A stretch of 38,140 nt of DNA from positions 1 through 38,140 of the IMG/VR virus record IMGVR_UViG_3300037308_000199; one strand, 5' to 3'. The DNA comes from a virus. Taxonomy: Duplodnaviria; Caudoviricetes. Position 1 is the stretch's first letter, and every line of letters starts with the position of its first letter. The translations under genes were made by a program, and so were the position numbers. Positions 33,898 through 38,140 of the stretch are shown here, in pieces. The notes below the pieces were generated by a model. The model was not told where the DNA came from and did no database searches. It worked only from the letters and a program-made list of their open reading frames with translations.

Positions 33898-34097
33898 ACC
33901 GCCGCCGCGGAAGGATCGTGCTGTACTCCATCCTGGGCGGACTCGCGCTGCTGGCGCTGGGTGCCATCCTGAGGCTGATCGAGCTGGTGCTGTCCGGCCA
34001 GATTGGCCCGAACGCCGCGCTGGCCTTCCTGGGCTTCGTCGTGGTGGCGGTGGCGGCCGTCGCCGGCGTGACCATCGACCTGCTGCGGGAGGACTGA
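33894..34097 (+). CDS. Small two-TM membrane protein
   Basis: 67 aa; basic N-terminus, two hydrophobic helices; ATGA overlap. Confidence 0.75.
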   Translation: MNRRRGRIVLYSILGGLALLALGAILRLIELVLSGQIGPNAALAFLGFVVVAVAAVAGVTIDLLRED

Positions 34098-34099
34098 CG

Positions 34100-34597
34100 A
34101 TGGCCACCCCGAAATCAGCCCTGCCCGAGGACTTCGAGCTGACCGAGCAGCGCCGGTCCTGGGCGAAGATTCACGCCCCGCAGGTCAACCTCCAGGTGGA
34201 GTTCGACCAGTTCCGCGACCACGCGAAGGCCACCGGCTGGCGCATGGTCGATTGGGAGGCGACCTGGCGGAACTGGTTGCGCAAGGCGCAGAAGGCCGCC
34301 GCCCCGCGCCGGTCCTACGAGCGCGCCGCCCCGCCGGCCCCGACGCCCCAGCCGCCCAGGTTCCGGCCTGGCCCCGGCCCGGTGCTGTCCGGCCCGCGGC
34401 GCTGGGCCAACCAGCGCATGCTGCGGGCGGTGGTGAAGGCCGGTGGCGTGGACCCCGACACCCTGCAGCGGATGATCGCTGCCAAGAACCACGTGGCCGA
34501 GGCATGGGAACCGTTCGAGGACGAGCTGGACATGACGGAGTACCGGGACATGGTGGACCAGGCCCTGCGGAAAGCCTACCGTCCCGCCGCGCGGTAG
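34100..34597 (+). CDS. Replication-initiator C-terminal (DnaT-like) domain protein
   Basis: 165 aa; 'LPEDF.....WA.........EF..FRDH........DWEATWRNW-x-R' motif; RBS GGAGG. Confidence 0.7.
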   Translation: MATPKSALPEDFELTEQRRSWAKIHAPQVNLQVEFDQFRDHAKATGWRMVDWEATWRNWLRKAQKAAAPRRSYERAAPPAPTPQPPRFRPGPGPVLSGPRRWANQRMLRAVVKAGGVDPDTLQRMIAAKNHVAEAWEPFEDELDMTEYRDMVDQALRKAYRPAAR

Positions 34598-34968
34598 TCA
34601 GGAACGCGCTGGAGCTGCGGCGGGTGTTCGAGTCCTGGGCCCCGTTCCTGAACGGCACGCCGGCCCGGGTCAGCATCGGCCCCACGCGGCCCCGGCGCAG
34701 CCTGGCGCAGAACGCGCTGCTGCACGCCCTGATAGGCCAGCTGGCCACGCACCTGGGCTACACACCCGACGAGCTGAAGGACGTGCTGAAGGAGCTGTAC
34801 GGGCGCAAGCGGGCGGTGGACATCGCCGGCGAGCGCATCCTGGTCCCGGTCAGCACGGCCTACTACACGAAGGCCGAGCTTTCGGACATGATCGAGCACG
34901 TCCACCGCCTGGCCGCCGAGTACGACTGCCAGCTGGAGGAGGAGGAACCCGATGCACCCGAAAATTGA
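34594..34968 (+). CDS. NinB-family recombination protein
   Basis: 'RSLAQNALLHALIGQLA' and 'ST...TKAELSDMIE.V....AE' motifs; start codon uncertain. Confidence 0.78.
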   Translation, partial: VVRNALELRRVFESWAPFLNGTPARVSIGPTRPRRSLAQNALLHALIGQLATHLGYTPDELKDVLKELYGRKRAVDIAGERILVPVSTAYYTKAELSDMIEHVHRLAAEYDCQLEEEEPDAPEN

Positions 34969-35197
34969 ATCCGCCTGCGTGGCCGCCGTCTTTGCGCGCC
35001 TCTCGGCCAGGAGCCGCGCCGCGACCGAACACATCCTGCGCGACCCGCTGCCGCACCTGCGGGCGGCCTCCGCCGAGCTGCGCGGCCGTATCACCGTCGA
35101 GGAGCCTGGCGGCCGGCTGCAGTACGTCTCGATGTCCCACGAGATGCTGGAGCGCAACCGGCGGGCAAAGGAAATCCTGAGGAGCGCCACATGCTGA
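34952..35197 (+). CDS. Hypothetical protein
   Basis: 81 aa; strong RBS GGAGGAGG; packed in operon. Confidence 0.7.
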   Translation: MHPKIESACVAAVFARLSARSRAATEHILRDPLPHLRAASAELRGRITVEEPGGRLQYVSMSHEMLERNRRAKEILRSATC

Positions 35198-35418
35198 TCG
35201 TCCCCACCGCCGCCCAGGCCACCCTGGCCGCCTACACCGACAACGAGCTGCGATCCGAACTCCACCTGGCCCTGCGCAACGTCGCCTTCGCCATCTGGGA
35301 GGCGCATCGCCGCGGCTACGAGCTGAACCAGGTGGGCATGGAGCCATTGGTTGGCGTGCCGACCTCCGACCAGGCCCGCGAGGTTCGGGTCATCCTGCGC
35401 AAGAACCTGGAGCTGTAA
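35191..35418 (+). CDS. Hypothetical protein
   Basis: 75 aa; RBS GAGGAG; G/C-ending codons. Confidence 0.75.
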   Translation: MLIVPTAAQATLAAYTDNELRSELHLALRNVAFAIWEAHRRGYELNQVGMEPLVGVPTSDQAREVRVILRKNLEL

Positions 35419-35419
35419 C

Positions 35420-35659
35420 ATGCCCATGCGTAAGCGCGAGGAGACGCAGCTGCAGTGCAGCCTGTGCCACCGCGACTTCGACCTGCAGGTGGAACGCGGG
35501 GCCCGCGGCGCGGTCGGCATCCTGCCCTGCGCCTTCTGCCCAACCTGCCTGGACGGCATCCGCGACATGGTGGAACAACTATGGCCCTGCCCACACTGCC
35601 TGGACGAGGAAGCCGCGGACGGGTCCCACCTGCTGGAGCTGGCCCCACGCATCCACTGA
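35420..35659 (+). CDS. Small zinc-binding protein
   Basis: 79 aa; CSLC, CPTC, CPHC. Confidence 0.75.
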   Translation: MPMRKREETQLQCSLCHRDFDLQVERGARGAVGILPCAFCPTCLDGIRDMVEQLWPCPHCLDEEAADGSHLLELAPRIH

Positions 35660-35756
35660 CCTGGCAGGACACGGCCTGGTGGCCGCAACGCATGACCCGG
35701 GAGCAGTACAACCAATGGCTGAAGGGCAAGTTCGACCCCTTCCCCGCGCCCACCCC

Positions 35757-36194
35757 ATGAGCCCCATGCAACGCTCCCTCGCCCTGCTGAAACGCCAGGG
35801 CCACCAGGTCGCCATCGTCGAACGCTGGAACCCGCGCGCCCGCAAGCGCCAGGACCTGTTCGGCTTCCTCGACCTGCTGGCCCTCTCCCAGGACGGACAA
35901 ACCATCGGCGTGCAGACCACCACCATCGACCACGCCGCCACCCGCCAGGCCAAGATCGAGGCCTCCCCCACCCTGCGCGCCCTGCTGCGCGCCGGCTGGG
36001 TCATCCAGGTCCACGGCTGGCGCAAGCCCACCGCCAGGCACCCCCGCTGGTCCGCCTCCGTCCGCGCCCTTACCCCGAGCGGCTGGATTGAGCTAACCTC
36101 ACCCCCGGCCCGGCACCAACGGGACCCGGCCCCGCGGGAAGCTCCCTCTCGCGGACCTGAAGGTGCCGAGCCACCTGTACTGGACGAAACATGA
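35757..36194 (+). CDS. PD-(D/E)XK-like endonuclease / resolvase, putative
   Basis: 145 aa; 'VERWN.....RQDLFGFLDLLAL......GVQ-x-T...I-x-VHGW'. Confidence 0.7.
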   Translation: MSPMQRSLALLKRQGHQVAIVERWNPRARKRQDLFGFLDLLALSQDGQTIGVQTTTIDHAATRQAKIEASPTLRALLRAGWVIQVHGWRKPTARHPRWSASVRALTPSGWIELTSPPARHQRDPAPREAPSRGPEGAEPPVLDET

Positions 36195-36664
36195 ACGCCG
36201 TCCTGAGTGGTGAGGTCCTGGGCGCGGAATCCAAGCCGCCGCGGGACGATACTGACGTAATCAGGGTCCACCGCCGACTCGACACCCTGGAGGCCGTCCG
36301 GCGCGAAATGTCCCGGGTGTACCGGGCCGCCAAGTCCCGCAAGATGAAATCGGCCGAGGCCGGCCGCCTCGTCTGGATACTGAGCCAGATCAAGGGCGTG
36401 CTGGAGGCCGAGGCCGCCTCATCCCAGGCCGGCCGCCTGGTCGGCGTAGGCTATGCGGAGCGCCATGCAGAAACCGACCAGCCCATCGGCCTACCCGCAG
36501 CTGCTGCGATCCTTGCAGAGCTTGTCCGAGAGGCAGAAGCGCGCCCTCCTGAGACTCCTGGCCCGGACGGACCTGTACTTTCTGCTGCGCTACCTGCTGA
36601 ACCGGCGGGACCTGGAGCACCCCTGGCTGTTCGCCCGCTGCCGGATGGTGGAGGCGAGCCCTGA
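36191..36664 (+). CDS. Terminase small subunit candidate
   Basis: 157 aa directly upstream of TerL; helical 'L-x-TL..VRREM-x-RVYR'; assignment by position only. Confidence 0.5.
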   Translation: MNAVLSGEVLGAESKPPRDDTDVIRVHRRLDTLEAVRREMSRVYRAAKSRKMKSAEAGRLVWILSQIKGVLEAEAASSQAGRLVGVGYAERHAETDQPIGLPAAAAILAELVREAEARPPETPGPDGPVLSAALPAEPAGPGAPLAVRPLPDGGGEP

Positions 36665-38036
36665 CGGCCACCTGGACCTGTGGGCCCGCGGCCACTACAA
36701 GTCCACCATCATCACCTACGGCAAGACCATCCAGGACATCCTGGCCAGCCACGGCGAGGAGCCCCTGTTCCACTGGCGCGGCCTCCAGCCGACGTTCGTG
36801 ATCTTCAGCCACACCAGGCCGATCGCCAAGGCCTTCCTGCGCCAGATCAAGTTCGAGTTCGAGCGCAACGACACCCTGAAGCAGCTGTTCCCGGACATCC
36901 TGTGGGAACGCCCAGACACGCAGGCCGCGCGCTGGTCCGAGGACGCCGGCGTGGTGGTCAAGCGCCGCAGCAACCCCAAGGAAGCCAGCCTGGAGGCCCA
37001 CGGGCTGATCGACGGCCAGCCCATCAGCCGCCACTACGACGTGCTGGTGTACGACGACGTGGTGGTGCAGGACTCGGTGACCACCCCGGAGCAGATCGCC
37101 AAGACCACGCAAGGCTTCGAGCTGTCCCTGAACCTGGAGAGCACCAACCCTCGCCGCCGTGTCATCGGCACCCGCTACCACCATGGCGACACCTACGCCG
37201 AAATGATCCGCCGCGGCACCGTCGAGCCGCGCATCTATCCGGCCACCGATGACGGTACACTGAGCGGCACCCCGGTATTCCTGCCCCAGGACCTGTACCT
37301 GCGCCGGGTGCGGGACATGGGGCCCTACGTCGCCAGCGCCCAGCTCATGCAGGACCCCACCGCCGACCGCGCCCAGGGCTTCCGCCGCGACTGGCTGCGG
37401 CACTTCGACGACCCGAGCGGCTACCTGGGCATGAACCGCGCCCTGCTGGTGGACCCGGCCAGCGAGAAGAAGAAGGGCAGCGACTACACCGCCGCCGCGG
37501 TCGTCGCCCTGGGACCGGACCGCAACTACTACGCCCTGGAGTGGGTGCGCGACCGCCTGAACCTGGCCGAGCGCGCCGCCCTGGTCATGCGGCTCCATCG
37601 CAAGTGGCGGCCGCAGGCGGTCGGCTACGAGAAGTACGGCATGCAGGCGGACATCGAGTACCTGCGCCAGGTGCAGGAGCGCGAGAACTACCGCTTTTTC
37701 GTCACCGAGCTGCCGAAGCCCGGCGACGCCCCGATGGCCAAGAACGACCGCATCCGCCGGCTGGTGCCGATCTTCGCGGAGGGCCGCTTCTACCTGCCCA
37801 CCATGCTGCACTACACCGGCTACGACGGCCGCACCCGCGACCTGGTGGAGGAGTTCATCAACGAGGAGCTGCTGACGTTCCCGGTGGGCGGCCACGACGA
37901 CGTGCTGGACGCGCTGGCCCGCATCTTCGACATGGACCTGGCCTGGCCGAAGGGGGCCGAGGACGACCAGCCCAAGGTTGACCGCTACGCCCGCGCCCTG
38001 GGCCGTCAGTCGCGCATCAGCTGGCGATCGCGCTAG
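36453..38036 (+). CDS. Terminase large subunit
   Basis: 527 aa; 'RGHYKST' Walker A-like, 'LVYDD' Walker B, 'IGTRY', RNase-H-like 'VDPA...SDYT' and 'HDD-x-LDAL'; precedes portal. Confidence 0.93.
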   Translation: MRSAMQKPTSPSAYPQLLRSLQSLSERQKRALLRLLARTDLYFLLRYLLNRRDLEHPWLFARCRMVEASPDGHLDLWARGHYKSTIITYGKTIQDILASHGEEPLFHWRGLQPTFVIFSHTRPIAKAFLRQIKFEFERNDTLKQLFPDILWERPDTQAARWSEDAGVVVKRRSNPKEASLEAHGLIDGQPISRHYDVLVYDDVVVQDSVTTPEQIAKTTQGFELSLNLESTNPRRRVIGTRYHHGDTYAEMIRRGTVEPRIYPATDDGTLSGTPVFLPQDLYLRRVRDMGPYVASAQLMQDPTADRAQGFRRDWLRHFDDPSGYLGMNRALLVDPASEKKKGSDYTAAAVVALGPDRNYYALEWVRDRLNLAERAALVMRLHRKWRPQAVGYEKYGMQADIEYLRQVQERENYRFFVTELPKPGDAPMAKNDRIRRLVPIFAEGRFYLPTMLHYTGYDGRTRDLVEEFINEELLTFPVGGHDDVLDALARIFDMDLAWPKGAEDDQPKVDRYARALGRQSRISWRSR

Positions 38037-38140
38037 ACTCCGGGCCTATGGCCGCGCCCAAGCCGAACAAGACCCGCCTGGATGACGGCCGCATCATCGC
38101 GGCGTTCAACGCCTGCTACCGGGACGGCAAGGCCGCCACG
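38007..38140. repeat. Terminal direct repeat, right copy
   Basis: Copy of 1..134 with two substitutions. Confidence 0.97.

Noticed and set aside
1-38140. tRNA, rRNA, integrase/att sites, IS elements
   Set aside because: None recognisable by eye; a tRNAscan/Infernal run would be needed to exclude small RNAs formally.

Overview
The window is an apparently complete, circularly permuted, high-GC genome (~38.0 kb; the first 134 bp recur at the end) of a short-tailed (podovirus-like) dsDNA phage of a Gram-negative host (it has spanins). Order: P22-like portal, scaffold, N4-gp56-type major capsid protein, capsid accessory protein, then a five-gene enzyme cassette (TPR-glycosyltransferase, SAM methyltransferase, DxD glycosyltransferase, radical SAM/SPASM enzyme, CDI-like glycosyltransferase), head-tail adaptor, fibre/spike genes, nozzle, ejection proteins, a 2507-aa polyvalent protein (ParB-like, metallopeptidase-like, zeta-toxin-like kinase), lysis cassette with duplicated spanins, a small leftward early operon carrying several gene remnants, a rightward operon (replication-protein fragment, NinB, nuclease) and the terminase. 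No integrase, repressor, polymerase, primase or helicase was recognisable. Most notable: (1) a probable virion glycosylation/tailoring system, with a recurrent S-A-[S/T] motif in exterior virion proteins that may be its acceptor site; (2) a small out-of-frame gene with its own RBS nested in the polyvalent gene just after the zeta-toxin domain, a candidate hidden antitoxin. All family assignments come from motif recognition by eye, not database searches.
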